Of a DNA stretch of 64,000 nucleotides, positions 40,098 through 50,797 are shown piece by piece. Both the position numbers and the translations under genes were made by a program. The notes under the pieces were generated by a model that made no database searches, was not told the origin of the DNA, and worked only from the letters and a program-made list of their open reading frames with translations. Source of the DNA: an uncultured Clostridia bacterium (lineage in GTDB: Bacteria > Bacillota > Clostridia > TANB77 > CAG-508); contig CAKPCL010000007.1 of the NCBI GenBank assembly GCA_934141605.1, positions 6,142-70,141 of the forward strand, given 5' to 3'. Positions within the stretch are counted from its first letter, which is position 1, and the number at the start of each line of letters is the position of its first letter.

Positions 40098-41123
40098 TTA
40101 TTTTATAAACATTGCATCTCCAAAACTGAAGAATCTATATTTTTCTTTTACTGCTTCTTCATATGCTCCCATTATATAATCTTTTCCTGCTAATGCTGAT
40201 ACTAGCATTAATAATGTTGATTGTGGTAAATGGAAGTTTGTTATTAGTCCATCTATACATTTAAATTTATATCCTGGATAAATAAATATTTGTGTATCTC
40301 CTTCTGTTGGTTCTACAAGGCCGGTCTTTTCATCTGCTACAGTTTCTAATACTCTACAAGATGTTGTTCCTACTGCTATTACTCTTTTTCCTTCTTGTTT
40401 TGTTTGATTTATTTTATCACAGTCTTCTTGTTTTATATAGTAATGTTCTGAGTGCATTTCGTGTGCTTCTACTGTATCTTCTTTTACTGGTCTAAATGTG
40501 CCTATTCCTACATGTAAGGTAACATTTGCTATTTTTACACCTTTTTCTTCTATTTTTTTCAATAATTCTGGTGTAAAATGTAGTCCAGCTGTTGGTGCTG
40601 CTGCTGAACCGTTGTATTTTGCATAGACTGTTTGATATCTATCTCTGTCTTTTAATTCTTCATGTATATATGGTGGCAATGGCATTAATCCAATTTGGTC
40701 TAATATTTCGTTAAATATTCCTGTGTAATGGAATTTAACTTTTCTTGTTCCTCCTGGCATTGTGTCTATAATTTCCGCTTCTAGTAATCCATCTCCAAAT
40801 ATTACTTTTGTTCCAATATGTAATTTATTTCCCGGTCTTACTATGCTTTCCCATATGTCTCCCTCTATATTATTTAATAATAAAAATTCAACATTTGCTC
40901 CTGTTTCTTTTTTACCATAAATTCTTGCTGGAATTACCTTTGTGTTGTTTCTTACTAAGCAATCACCCGGTTCTAAATAATCAATTATGTCTTTAAAAGT
41001 TTTATGTTCTATTGTTTGTTTTTCTCTATCTAGAATCATTAATCTTGATTCATCTCTTTTTTCTAAAGGTACTTGTGCTATTAGTTCTTCTGGTAAATTA
41101 TAATTAAAATCTGATACTTTCAT
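40098..41123 (-). CDS. queA: S-adenosylmethionine:tRNA ribosyltransferase-isomerase
   Basis: [17 protein letters not shown]..., GLHFT. Confidence 0.95.
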   Translation of the reverse strand: MKVSDFNYNLPEELIAQVPLEKRDESRLMILDREKQTIEHKTFKDIIDYLEPGDCLVRNNTKVIPARIYGKKETGANVEFLLLNNIEGDIWESIVRPGNKLHIGTKVIFGDGLLEAEIIDTMPGGTRKVKFHYTGIFNEILDQIGLMPLPPYIHEELKDRDRYQTVYAKYNGSAAAPTAGLHFTPELLKKIEEKGVKIANVTLHVGIGTFRPVKEDTVEAHEMHSEHYYIKQEDCDKINQTKQEGKRVIAVGTTSCRVLETVADEKTGLVEPTEGDTQIFIYPGYKFKCIDGLITNFHLPQSTLLMLVSALAGKDYIMGAYEEAVKEKYRFFSFGDAMFIK

Positions 41124-41139
41124 TTTTACTCCATTCTTT

Positions 41140-42514
41140 CTATATAGTGCTATTGATTTCTAAATTTTGATTATTTCTGTTGCTAAATACTTTTTTTATG
41201 TTTTTAGCATTGTTTATAGCATTTATGAATAATTGTCTTATTTCTTCTATTATATTTTGTGGTTCTTTAAATTCATTTATCTTATATGAATATTTGAAAT
41301 CTGTGCTTTTGGCTGGTTTTAATGTATATACTTCTTGTGGTAATCCTATATACCCAGTTGAAGTTTTAATGTTTTTGTTCATGTAGTCTTGATACCATTG
41401 TTTTAGTCCGGTTAAGTTTTGATTTTTATATCCATATTTTTCATAGTCGTGTAATGCTGGTATGTCATAGTCATATTCTTCTGAAGTTCTTTCTAATGAG
41501 TGTAAAAATTCATGTAAAAATACTTCTTCTGGAAATGTATTTATTCTTGTATCATATCTATATACATAGCTTCTTGATGAATTTGGTAGTCTGATATTTG
41601 AATATCCTATTCCGTAATAGTCCATATATCCGAAGTCCTATCCAATCATTTATTTGAATATTATCTCTGTATTTTTCATTTCCTAGTCTGATTATAACAA
41701 ATATATGATCAAAGTCGTTTTGTTGTACAATGTTTTTTATGCTATTTTCAATGTCTTCTGCTGCTACAAAATATCCAAATTCTTCATCATATGTTAATTT
41801 TGTTATTGGTTCTTCTATGTTATAAATTTCACAATTTGCTGTCATTTTATTTTGTGATAATTCACTTACTGTTGTTTTAAATCTTTTTATTGTGTCTTTT
41901 ATATCTGATTTATCACTTTCAGTCATTGATATTTTTATTTCTTTATTGTCTACTATTACATCAGTGTTTTCAAATATAAAGCATGCAAAATTCCAGTTAT
42001 TGCTTTCTGTTGTTGTTCCTTCTTCAAGTGTAAAGTCTGAGAACCATGCTGTTCCAGTGCACTTGCCTAAATATCCTCCAAGTCTAAATCCTATTTTTAC
42101 TTCTTCTCTGTTTTTGGAATTAAATATCATTTCTATTTTTTGCCAGTCTTGTGTGCCTGTTATTGCTACTGATTTTTCTGTTGTTCCTATTATTGATATT
42201 TGTGCTCCTACTCCTGATAGGTTGTCTTCTGGTATTATGTTTTCTGTTTTTACCATGCAAGTTACTTTATATGGCATATTTTTTTGTACTTTTACTGTTT
42301 TGTAAAATGTTGCGTCGTTCTTTGTGTTTGATACTATTCTGTAACTACTTGATTTTGAATATTTTATTTCTGGGTCTCTTTTGAATTCTGATGTGTGTAT
42401 TTCCATTTCACTTCTTATAAATTCATTGAAATTGTTACTTTTATAAAATTTTAATGCTATTACTAATATAATTATAATTATTATCCATGATATAATTTTT
42501 TCTATTTTTTTCAT
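41140..42514 (-). pseudogene. membrane-anchored putative zinc metalloprotease (HEFLH), split by a frameshift near 41625
   Basis: ORFs 41558..42541 and 41140..41625 overlap in different frames. The sequence reads ..INDWIGL then, one frame over, DYYGIGYSNIRL. An HExxH motif lies in the downstream part. Confidence 0.6.
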
Positions 42515-42606
42515 TTTTTTCTCCTGGATTATATTATACATTAATTGTATTTTTTTAGCAATATTAATTAATAAAGAAGCGCTATTTTTTAACGCTTCTT
42601 TTTATA

Positions 42607-44739
42607 TTATTCTTCAACTTCCTTTTTTTCTTCTTTGTCATCAGATAATATAGCTGTTAAATTAATTCTACCTTGATTGTCTATTTCAATAACTTTAACA
42701 GTAATTCTATCTCCTACTTTTAGCACATCTTCTACTTTTTTAATTCTTTCTTTAGAGATTTTAGAAATATGAAGTAATCCTTCTTTTCCATTTATTCCTA
42801 AATCTACAAATGCTCCAAATGCTGCTATTCTTGTAACTTGTCCATAATAAATTCCGCCAACTTCAACTTCTTTTACTATGTCTTCTATCATGTCTAATGC
42901 TTGATTTGCTTTTTCTGAATCTTCTGAATAGATGAATACTTGTCCATCTTCTTTGATGTCTATTTTTACTCCTGTTGCATCTATTATTTTGTTTATTGTT
43001 TCTCCACCTTTTCCGATAACATCTTTTATTTTTTCTACTTTGATTGTTGTATTTACTATTTTTGGTGCATATTTTGATATTTCTTTTCTTGGTTCTGCAA
43101 TTACTGGTTTCATTATATCATCTAATATATGTTTTCTTGCAACTCTTGTTCTTTCAAATGCTTCTTTAATTATGTCATATGATAAACCGTCTACTTTAAT
43201 ATCAACTTGTATTGCTGTTATACCTTTTTCTGTTCCACCAACTTTAAAGTCCATATCTCCAAAGAAGTCTTCTATTCCTTGTATGTCTGTTAACATTACA
43301 TAGTCATTTTCGTTGTCTGGGTTTGTTACAAGTCCTGTTGAAATACCTGCAACTGGTCTTTTAATTGGTACACCTGCTGCCATTAAGCTTAATGTGCTTC
43401 CACATATACTTGCTTGTGATGTTGAACCATTTGATGATAATACTTCTGATACAACTCTTATTGCATATGGGAATTCTTCAATTGATGGTAGTACTGGTAC
43501 TAATGCTTTTTCTGCTAATGCTCCATGTCCTATTTCTCTTCTTCCTGGTCCTCTTGAAGCTCTTGCTTCACCTACGCTGTAGCTTGGGAAGTTATATTGG
43601 TGCATATATCTTTTTGATGTTTGAGTGTCTATTCCGTCTAATTCTTGTTCTTCTGATTCCATTCCTAATGTTGTAACTGAAAGTACTTGAGTTTGTCCTC
43701 TTGTGAATAATGCACTTCCATGTACTCTTGGTAATAAATCTATTTCACATGATAATGGTCTTATTTCGTCTAGTGCTCTTCCGTCAACTCTTTTATGTTC
43801 AAAGAAAATCATGTTTCTTACACATTTCTTTTCTAATTTGTATATAGCTTCTGCTATGTCAGCTTTGTGTTCTGTTGCTTGTTCTTCTCCAAATTTTTCT
43901 GTGTATGCTGTTATTATTTTGTCAGTTACTTCTGATACATTGTTGTCTCTAGTTTCTTTGTCTGCTTCTTGAAGTGCTTGTTTTACATCTTCTTCAAAGT
44001 TTGTTTCTATAAATTCATATACATCATGGTTAACTGCAAATGATTTGTATTCAAATTTTGGTTTTCCTATTTCTTCTTTCATTTTTTCAATGAATTTGCA
44101 TATTTTTTTGATTTCTTTGTGACCTTCTTTAATTGCTTCTAGCATAACATCATCTGGTATTTCATTTGCTCCTGCTTCAATCATAGCTATTTTTTCTTCA
44201 GTTCCTGCAACTGTTAGTGTTAAATCTGATACTTTTCTTTGTTCTTCTGTTGGGTTTATTATGATTTTTCCATCAACTATTCCAACATTTACAGCTGCTG
44301 TTGGTCCTCCAAATGGTATATCTGAAATTGATAATGCTGCTGAAGCACCTATCATTGCTGCTACTTCTGGTGAATTATCTTGGTCTACTGATAGAACTGT
44401 TGCAACTACTACTACATCATTTCTGAAGTCTTTTGGGAATAATGGTCTTAATGGTCTGTCTATTGCTCTTGATGTAAGTATTGCTTTGTCACTTGGTTTT
44501 CCTTCTCTTTTTTGGAATGATCCTGGTATTTTTCCAACTGCGTATAGTTTTTCTTCATAATCTACTGATAGTGGGAAAAAGTCTATTCCGTCTTTTGGTT
44601 CTTTTGATGCTGTAACATTTACCATTACAACTGTATCTCCATATCTAACTAATACGCTTCCATTTGCTAATCCTGCCATTTTACCTGTTTCGATTACAAG
44701 TTTTCTTCCTGCTAATTCTGTTTCATAAGTTTTAAACAT
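42607..44739 (-). CDS. pnp: polyribonucleotide nucleotidyltransferase
   Basis: Two RNase PH domains plus KH and S1 domains. ATG at 44739 after GGAGAG. Confidence 0.95.
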   Translation of the reverse strand: MFKTYETELAGRKLVIETGKMAGLANGSVLVRYGDTVVMVNVTASKEPKDGIDFFPLSVDYEEKLYAVGKIPGSFQKREGKPSDKAILTSRAIDRPLRPLFPKDFRNDVVVVATVLSVDQDNSPEVAAMIGASAALSISDIPFGGPTAAVNVGIVDGKIIINPTEEQRKVSDLTLTVAGTEEKIAMIEAGANEIPDDVMLEAIKEGHKEIKKICKFIEKMKEEIGKPKFEYKSFAVNHDVYEFIETNFEEDVKQALQEADKETRDNNVSEVTDKIITAYTEKFGEEQATEHKADIAEAIYKLEKKCVRNMIFFEHKRVDGRALDEIRPLSCEIDLLPRVHGSALFTRGQTQVLSVTTLGMESEEQELDGIDTQTSKRYMHQYNFPSYSVGEARASRGPGRREIGHGALAEKALVPVLPSIEEFPYAIRVVSEVLSSNGSTSQASICGSTLSLMAAGVPIKRPVAGISTGLVTNPDNENDYVMLTDIQGIEDFFGDMDFKVGGTEKGITAIQVDIKVDGLSYDIIKEAFERTRVARKHILDDIMKPVIAEPRKEISKYAPKIVNTTIKVEKIKDVIGKGGETINKIIDATGVKIDIKEDGQVFIYSEDSEKANQALDMIEDIVKEVEVGGIYYGQVTRIAAFGAFVDLGINGKEGLLHISKISKERIKKVEDVLKVGDRITVKVIEIDNQGRINLTAILSDDKEEKKEVEE

Positions 44740-44905
44740 TTTATTTTTCTCTCCTTTTTCTTCTTTTTTGCACCATTTTTTTATAAATTCAAACATATCT
44801 TTCCTCCTAATTCCTCATTTTAGCCAAATCTAGATTGTAACCTCTATAATATTCTGGTTTTTCCAGCACATTATACAAGCTACTTACCTAAATCATGGCT
44901 ATCTT

Positions 44906-44947
44906 AAAATAAAAGCCTATGTCAAATCTTTTGTTTTGCATAGGCTT
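44906..44947 (-). terminator. rpsO terminator / pnp leader hairpin
   Basis: AAGCCTATG-loop-CATAGGCTT followed by TTTATTTT on the minus strand. Confidence 0.7.
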
Positions 44948-44957
44948 CTTTATGAAA

Positions 44958-45221
44958 TTATTTTCTTAATCCTAATTTTTCAACAATGTCTCTGTATCTT
45001 TGAACATCTTTTTTTGCTAAATAGTTTAATAAGTTTCTTCTTTTACCAACCATTTTTAATAATCCTCTTCTTGAGTGATTATCTTTAACATGTACTTTTA
45101 AGTGTTCTGTTAATTCATTAATTCTTTCTGTTAAAAGAGCTATTTGTACTTCTGATGATCCAGTGTCTTTTTCTTCTCTTTTATAAGTGTTAATGATTTC
45201 TTGTTTTCTTTCTTTTGTCAT
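44958..45221 (-). CDS. rpsO: 30S ribosomal protein S15
   Basis: 87 aa; [14 protein letters not shown]. Confidence 0.95.
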   Translation of the reverse strand: MTKERKQEIINTYKREEKDTGSSEVQIALLTERINELTEHLKVHVKDNHSRRGLLKMVGKRRNLLNYLAKKDVQRYRDIVEKLGLRK

Positions 45222-45372
45222 GTTTACACCTCCTATTATATTTTTATTGCCTTTAACTGAGCTTTTAGTTTTGGTGCTTTGCTTAAAAGCTAAGTAAAAG
45301 GTTAACCTTAAATAGTATACTACATTTTTTATTGATTATCAAGCTTTTTTGGAAATTTTTACATATTTATGG

Positions 45373-46068
45373 TTACTGTGTAAGTTTTTTTGTTTGTTTT
45401 AAGAAATTGTATACAAAGTCTACAGTGTAGTCTATTTGTTTTTCTAATTCTTTTGTTGTAAATATTTGCGTTTCTTCATTTTTATTTATTGCTTCTGATT
45501 TTGTTTTTCTTATATAATCTACAACTTTTTTTACATCTTCATCATTTATATTAATATTATCTAAAATATTCGCATTTTTTGATATTTCCACACTAAATTG
45601 TGGTAAATTCATATTATAATTTTTATAAATGTAATATTGGAAGGCTTCAAAGTCTTTTTGTTTATTTTTTCTTAACTCTGTTTTGTCTGCTTTAATTAAT
45701 TCATTCTTTTTATTCATAAAGCCTATTATTTTGTCATTTTCTTTTACACATTTTCCACCATAAAATGCTTCGTTCCACAATGAGTCTGTTATTAAATGTG
45801 CTAAATACCCAATTACTATAGGATTATTCATTTTTTCGTGGTTTATTTCATAAAAGACTTCATATTCTTTTTTATTGTTAGGGTCATATTTTTCTCCATT
45901 TAAGTCATAATGGTTTGATTTGTGTGGTTGTATGTTTGATATTCCTTTTACTAAATATCCGTCTTGTACATCTGGTAATATGTTTCCAAAAAGGAATAAG
46001 TTTTCATCTAGTTTTATTTTTTTTAGTATTTTATTAGCTATTAATAAGTGTTCTCCCCAATTTGGCAT
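45373..46068 (-). CDS. zinc-dependent phospholipase C-like family protein
   Basis: WGEHLLIA..., LPDVQD and HLITDSLWN His/Asp pattern. Weak call. Confidence 0.4.
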   Translation of the reverse strand: MPNWGEHLLIANKILKKIKLDENLFLFGNILPDVQDGYLVKGISNIQPHKSNHYDLNGEKYDPNNKKEYEVFYEINHEKMNNPIVIGYLAHLITDSLWNEAFYGGKCVKENDKIIGFMNKKNELIKADKTELRKNKQKDFEAFQYYIYKNYNMNLPQFSVEISKNANILDNININDEDVKKVVDYIRKTKSEAINKNEETQIFTTKELEKQIDYTVDFVYNFLKQTKKLTQ

Positions 46069-46220
46069 TTTTTACCTCCTTATATTTTTTAATGTTATAT
46101 ATTAATATTTTTTGTAAAAAACATAGCTATGGTCTACCTATGGGTCTTTTACTGCAAAATATTAATATATAAACATTTTAAATTATATCATAACTTTTAA
46201 AATAGTAAAGTCATTTGACA

Positions 46221-46275
46221 TTTTTTGACAAAAAAGATGAGGCAAATTAGGTATTACCCTAACTGTCTCATTTTT
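46221..46275 (-). repeat. Terminator-like repeat module, copy 1 (contains the last codons and stop of clpC)
   Basis: Minus strand TGAGACAGTTAGGGTAATACCTAATTTGCCTCATCTTTTTTGTCAAAAAA. About 85 percent identical to 58598-58650. Confidence 0.75.
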
Positions 46276-48728
46276 CCATCTTTTACAGTAAATTTTGCTA
46301 ATTTGCCTTTACTTAATTTGCCATCTAGGATTTCTTCAGCTAATTTATCTTCAACTAAATTTTGAATTGTTCTTCTTAATGGTCTTGCACCAAAGTTTTT
46401 GTCAATTCCTTCTTTGGCAATCATTTCACTTACTTCTGGTTCTAGTTCAATGTCATATTTTTGCTCTTTTAGTCTGTTTACAACTTCTTTTAACATTATA
46501 TCTATAATTTGGTTAATTTCTTTATCGTTTAATTTATGGAATACAATTATTTCGTCAATACGATTTATGAATTCTGGTCTTAGTTCTTTTTTTAGTTCTG
46601 CCATTACTTCTTTTTTTGTATCTTCATATTCTTTTTGAATATCTATTGATTTGTTTTCTTCATTTGGAGAATTTGTGAAGCCTAAATGTTTTTTGTCTGT
46701 TATTAATCTTGCTCCTAAATTTGATGTCATTATTATTACTGTATTTTTGAAGTTTACTGTTCTTCCTTGACTGTCTGTTAGTCTACCGTCTTCAAGTATC
46801 TGAAGTAGCATATTCATTACATCTGGGTGTGCTTTTTCTATTTCGTCAAATAATATTACTGAATATGGTTTTCTTCTTATTTTTTCTGTTAATTGTCCAC
46901 CATCGTCGAAGCCAACATATCCTGGAGGAGCTCCTATTAATTTAGATACTGAGTGTGGTTCCATAAATTCTGACATATCTACTCTTACCATTGCATTTTC
47001 ATCACCAAATAAAACTTCTGCTAAGGCTTTTGAAAGTTCTGTTTTTCCTACACCTGTTGGTCCTAAGAATAAGAACGAACCTATTGGTCTTTTAGGGTCT
47101 TTTAATCCTACTCTTCCTCTTCTTATTGCCTTTGCTACTGCTTCGACTGCTTCATTTTGACCTATTACTCTTTTATGCAATTCTGTTTCTAGATTTTTTA
47201 ATTTTTCATTTTCATCCTCTGTTATCTTTTTAGTTGGAATTCCTGTCCAACTTGCTATAACTTCTGCTATATTTTCTTCTGTTATAGTCACTATTGATTT
47301 TGTATTTTTATTTTTCCATTTACTTTGTTCTTTTTCAAATTTTTCTTTTAAATTTTTTTCTTCATCTCTTAGTTCTGCTGCTTTTTCAAATTTTTGATTC
47401 AATACAGCTTCTTCTTTTTCATTTTTAATTTTTTCAATGTCTTCTTGCATTTGTTTTAAATTATCTGGCTCTGTATATGTTTTTAGTCTTGCTCTTGAAG
47501 AAGCTTCATCTATTAAATCAATTGCTTTGTCTGGTAAAAATCTGTCATTTACATATCTAACAGATAATTTGACTGCCGCTTCTATTGCTTCATCTGTGAT
47601 TTTTACATTATGATGTGCTTCATATTTGTCTCTAATGCCTTTTAAAATTGAAACTGTATCTTTTTCTGATGGTTCATTTACAGTAACTGGACTAAATCTT
47701 CTTTCTAGTGCTGCATCTTTTTCAATAAATTTTCTATATTCATTTAAAGTAGTTGCACCAACTAATTGAATTTCTCCTCTTGCTAATAGTGGCTTTAATA
47801 TGTTTGCTGCATCAATTGCTCCTTCTGCAGCTCCTGCTCCAACTATTGTATGGATTTCGTCTATAAAAAGAATTATATCCCCTGCTTTTTTTACTTCATT
47901 TAATGCTTTTTTTATTCTTTCTTCAAAATCTCCTCTATATTTTGCACCTGCTACCATTCCTGAAATGTCCAAAGTTACAACTCTTTTATCTTTTAAAATT
48001 TCTGGAACATCTCCTGAAACTATTTTTTGAGCTAATCCTTCTACTGCTGCTGTTTTGCCAACACCTGGTTCACCTATCAAACATGGGTTATTTTTTGTTC
48101 TTCTAGACAAAATTTGAATAACTCTTTCTATTTCTTCTTTTCTTCCTATGATTGGGTCAAGCTTGCCTTCTTCTGCTTTTTTTGTTAAGTCTTCTCCAAA
48201 TTGATTTAATGTTGGAGTTTGGTTATAGCTTCCTTTTCCTCTTCTTTTTGAACCGTTTGAATAATTTGTTGTTTCTTCTTCTCCTTGATTATCTTCTCCT
48301 TCATTTATTACTTTTATAATTTCATTGTATAGTTTTGGTATATTTACATTTAATTCTAATAGGATTTTTGTAGCAACACAGTCTCCTTCTCTTAGTATTC
48401 CTATTAATAAATGTTCTGTTCCTATAAAGTTATATCCTAATTTTCTGGCTTCTATAAATGCTGACTCTACTACTCTTTTTGTTCTTGGTGTAAAGTCTAC
48501 TATGTTTTCTATTGGCTCATCTCTGCCTATTAATTCTTCTATTTTGTTTAAGATATCTTCTGCTGTAACATCTTGGTTTTCTAGTACTTTTGATGCTATT
48601 CCTCCGCCTTCTTTTGCTAGTCCATATAGTATATGTTCTGTGCCTATATAGCTATGTCCTAGTTCTAAGGCTATATCGTTTGCAATTTCTATTGCTTTGT
48701 TTGCTCTATTCGTAAATTTGTATGTCAT
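46254..48728 (-). CDS. clpC: ATP-dependent Clp protease ATP-binding subunit ClpC
   Basis: Clp-N repeats, two AAA+ modules, UVR motif. ATG at 48728 after AAGGTG. Confidence 0.95.
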   Translation of the reverse strand: MTYKFTNRANKAIEIANDIALELGHSYIGTEHILYGLAKEGGGIASKVLENQDVTAEDILNKIEELIGRDEPIENIVDFTPRTKRVVESAFIEARKLGYNFIGTEHLLIGILREGDCVATKILLELNVNIPKLYNEIIKVINEGEDNQGEEETTNYSNGSKRRGKGSYNQTPTLNQFGEDLTKKAEEGKLDPIIGRKEEIERVIQILSRRTKNNPCLIGEPGVGKTAAVEGLAQKIVSGDVPEILKDKRVVTLDISGMVAGAKYRGDFEERIKKALNEVKKAGDIILFIDEIHTIVGAGAAEGAIDAANILKPLLARGEIQLVGATTLNEYRKFIEKDAALERRFSPVTVNEPSEKDTVSILKGIRDKYEAHHNVKITDEAIEAAVKLSVRYVNDRFLPDKAIDLIDEASSRARLKTYTEPDNLKQMQEDIEKIKNEKEEAVLNQKFEKAAELRDEEKNLKEKFEKEQSKWKNKNTKSIVTITEENIAEVIASWTGIPTKKITEDENEKLKNLETELHKRVIGQNEAVEAVAKAIRRGRVGLKDPKRPIGSFLFLGPTGVGKTELSKALAEVLFGDENAMVRVDMSEFMEPHSVSKLIGAPPGYVGFDDGGQLTEKIRRKPYSVILFDEIEKAHPDVMNMLLQILEDGRLTDSQGRTVNFKNTVIIMTSNLGARLITDKKHLGFTNSPNEENKSIDIQKEYEDTKKEVMAELKKELRPEFINRIDEIIVFHKLNDKEINQIIDIMLKEVVNRLKEQKYDIELEPEVSEMIAKEGIDKNFGARPLRRTIQNLVEDKLAEEILDGKLSKGKLAKFTVKDGKMRQLG

Positions 48729-48757
48729 TTTTATCACCTTACCTTTCTATTGTTCAA

Positions 48758-48827
48758 TGTCCAAATGTCCAAATGGGACGGTTCTATTTGGACATTTTGT
48801 CCATTTGGGACGGTTCTTAAATGGTCA
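48758..48827. repeat. Interspersed two-module stem-loop repeat, copy C
   Basis: An extra half stem TGTCCAAA, then module 48766-48794 and module 48798-48827. The second module stem is CCATTT/AAATGG instead of CCAAA/TTTGG. Confidence 0.85.
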
Positions 48828-48841
48828 TTATCTTTTTATTA

Positions 48842-48870
48842 TTGACATTTTATGTTTATCATGCTATAAT
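48842..48870 (+). promoter_or_regulatory. consensus sigma-A promoter TTGACA-17-TATAAT
   Basis: -35 at 48842-48847; -10 at 48865-48870. Confidence 0.7.
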
Positions 48871-48953
48871 TTTTTAAGTTACTTTATTAATTGATATAAT
48901 TAATAATTATATCTGTACCTAGCTTAATGCTAATACTTTCAAGGAGGATTACT

Positions 48954-49097
48954 ATGAATATTACAAAAATAGTAGGATACATTTGTGTTGCAGCTATATC
49001 TATTGTAGTAACTTTGGTTTTTAAAGATATACTAACTACCATTGTTACGATTCTTATTGGTTTTTCTCTAGTTTCCAAAGATGGAAAAAATAATTAG
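48954..49097 (+). CDS. 47-aa hydrophobic peptide on the opposite strand between mcsB and clpC
   Basis: Manual: MNITKIVGYICVAAISIVVTLVFKDILTTIVTILIGFSLVSKDGKNN. AAGGAGG Shine-Dalgarno, consensus promoter and its own terminator. Confidence 0.55.
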   Translation: MNITKIVGYICVAAISIVVTLVFKDILTTIVTILIGFSLVSKDGKNN

Positions 49098-49106
49098 AGT
49101 AATCAC

Positions 49107-49128
49107 AGCCTCCTTGGAGGCTTTTTTA
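49107..49128 (+). terminator. intrinsic terminator of the microgene, overlapping the mcsB stop
   Basis: AGCCTCC/GGAGGCT hairpin followed by TTTTTT. Confidence 0.65.
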
Positions 49129-50136
49129 TTTTTCATTAATTATTTTCTTTATAACCTCTGCCCTTTTTATATCTCTTTCCAAAGTCTCATATTGTTCACC
49201 CAAATATTTCTGCATATTTGCAGGTTTAGTATATAAAATCAACTGTTGAACCTTGCTATCATTTAATTCTGGTAATATTCCTAAATCTGTGCCTATCTTA
49301 ACATTTGATATCAACTTTTGTGCTTCCTCCAAAGAAATTTTTCTACAATTATTTAGTAATCCATAACTTCTGTATATTGTATCTTCTAAATCAATTGTAT
49401 CTTTTGCTAAAAATTTTCTTGCTTTTCTTTCTTGTTCAATTAATTTTTCTGTAACCACTTTGATATTTTCTATTATTTCTTTTTCTGTAACTCCTAATGT
49501 TCTCTTGTTAGAAATTTGGAAAACATCTCCAAGTTCTTTGCTATTTTCTCCATATGCGCCAACAATATTTACTCCAAAATTGTTTATTGTATAAAATACC
49601 TTATTAATATTTTTAGTTATTGTAAGTGCTGGTAAATGTACCATTACAGATGCTTTTAAGCCTGTACCACAATTTGTTGGTAAACTTGTTAAATATCCAT
49701 ATTTTTTACTTGTTGCATATCCTAAAACTTCCTCAATTTTTTGGTCTAGTTCTATTGCATAATTTAATGTATTTTCTAATTCTAAACCACTACTGAATAC
49801 TTGAATTTTCAAGTGATCTTCATCATTTATCATTATACAGATATTTTCTTCATCATTTATTAGTATTGCTCCATTTTCATTGTGCATTGCATACTCTGAA
49901 CTTATTAAATTCCTTTCTACTAAACTCATTTTTGTTATATCGTCCATGTCTTTTAGTTCTAAGTATTTTAGTCCATACCCTATTGCAAATACATTTTCTT
50001 TTATTTTGTTTTTTAGGTTTTCTATGTCTTTTTTATCTTTCAAATTAAACTTGAATTCTGGTAAATTTCTTGCAAATCTTATTCTTGTACTTGTTACTAC
50101 ATCAGATTCTTTTCCACTTTGTAAATACCAATTCAT
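49126..50136 (-). CDS. mcsB: protein arginine kinase McsB
   Basis: ATP:guanido phosphotransferase domain (NEEDHLKIQ, CGTGLKASV). ATG at 50136 after AAAGGTGA. Confidence 0.85.
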   Translation of the reverse strand: MNWYLQSGKESDVVTSTRIRFARNLPEFKFNLKDKKDIENLKNKIKENVFAIGYGLKYLELKDMDDITKMSLVERNLISSEYAMHNENGAILINDEENICIMINDEDHLKIQVFSSGLELENTLNYAIELDQKIEEVLGYATSKKYGYLTSLPTNCGTGLKASVMVHLPALTITKNINKVFYTINNFGVNIVGAYGENSKELGDVFQISNKRTLGVTEKEIIENIKVVTEKLIEQERKARKFLAKDTIDLEDTIYRSYGLLNNCRKISLEEAQKLISNVKIGTDLGILPELNDSKVQQLILYTKPANMQKYLGEQYETLERDIKRAEVIKKIINEK

Positions 50137-50156
50137 ATTATCACCTTTCTTCTCCA

Positions 50157-50217
50157 TGTCCAACAGGGACGGTTCTATTTGGACAAAATGTCCAAACGGG
50201 ACGGTTCTTTTTGGACA
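50157..50217. repeat. Interspersed two-module stem-loop repeat, copy D (fills the mcsA-mcsB spacer)
   Basis: Modules at 50157-50185 and 50189-50217, both carrying GGGACGGTTCT. Confidence 0.85.
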
Positions 50218-50221
50218 AATC

Positions 50222-50773
50222 TTATTTTTCTTCTTTTTTTATTTCATCTCTTATTTTGGCTGCATCTTCATATCTTTCTTCTTTTATTGCTAATTTTAAA
50301 TCTTCTTGTAATTTTTCTAATTTATTTTCCTTTTTATTTTGTTCCTTTTCTGATTTTTTATCTTCTTCAAATTTCATTTTATTATCTGATATTTTTCCTA
50401 ATCTTCCGTTGTGTTTGTTTGAACCTTGCAATTTTTTTAGAATTGGATCCATTCTATCTTCAAAAACATCATAGCAATTTGCACACCCATATCTACCTGT
50501 GTTTATTATGTCATCAAAAGTTGATCCACAACTATCACATTTGATTTGTTTAACTTCATTTAGCAATGGCATAAAATCTGGTGTGCTGAAATCTTCTAAA
50601 AAGCTTCTGAAAAAACTTGGTATATCTAATGATGGCATACTAAAATCCATTTTTGATGATATTCCTAATTTTTCACTGCATTCTTCACATAGATTCATCT
50701 CCTTTTTTACTCCATTAATATTTTCTGAATATCTAACATTTGCTTCTCTCTTTCCACAATTTTCACATAACAT
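50222..50773 (-). CDS. mcsA: McsA (zinc-finger and UVR-motif activator of McsB)
   Basis: CENCGKREA...CEEC, CDSCG...CANCY, C-terminal UVR-like YEDAAKIRDEI. ATG at 50773 after AGGAGTG. Confidence 0.8.
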   Translation of the reverse strand: MLCENCGKREANVRYSENINGVKKEMNLCEECSEKLGISSKMDFSMPSLDIPSFFRSFLEDFSTPDFMPLLNEVKQIKCDSCGSTFDDIINTGRYGCANCYDVFEDRMDPILKKLQGSNKHNGRLGKISDNKMKFEEDKKSEKEQNKKENKLEKLQEDLKLAIKEERYEDAAKIRDEIKKEEK

Positions 50774-50797
50774 ATTAATCACTCCTATCTAATTATT

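Noticed and set aside
48887-49078. 63-aa minus-strand ORF between mcsB and clpC.
   Set aside because: It has no Shine-Dalgarno. The plus-strand 47-aa ORF in the same region has a consensus promoter, a Shine-Dalgarno and a terminator.
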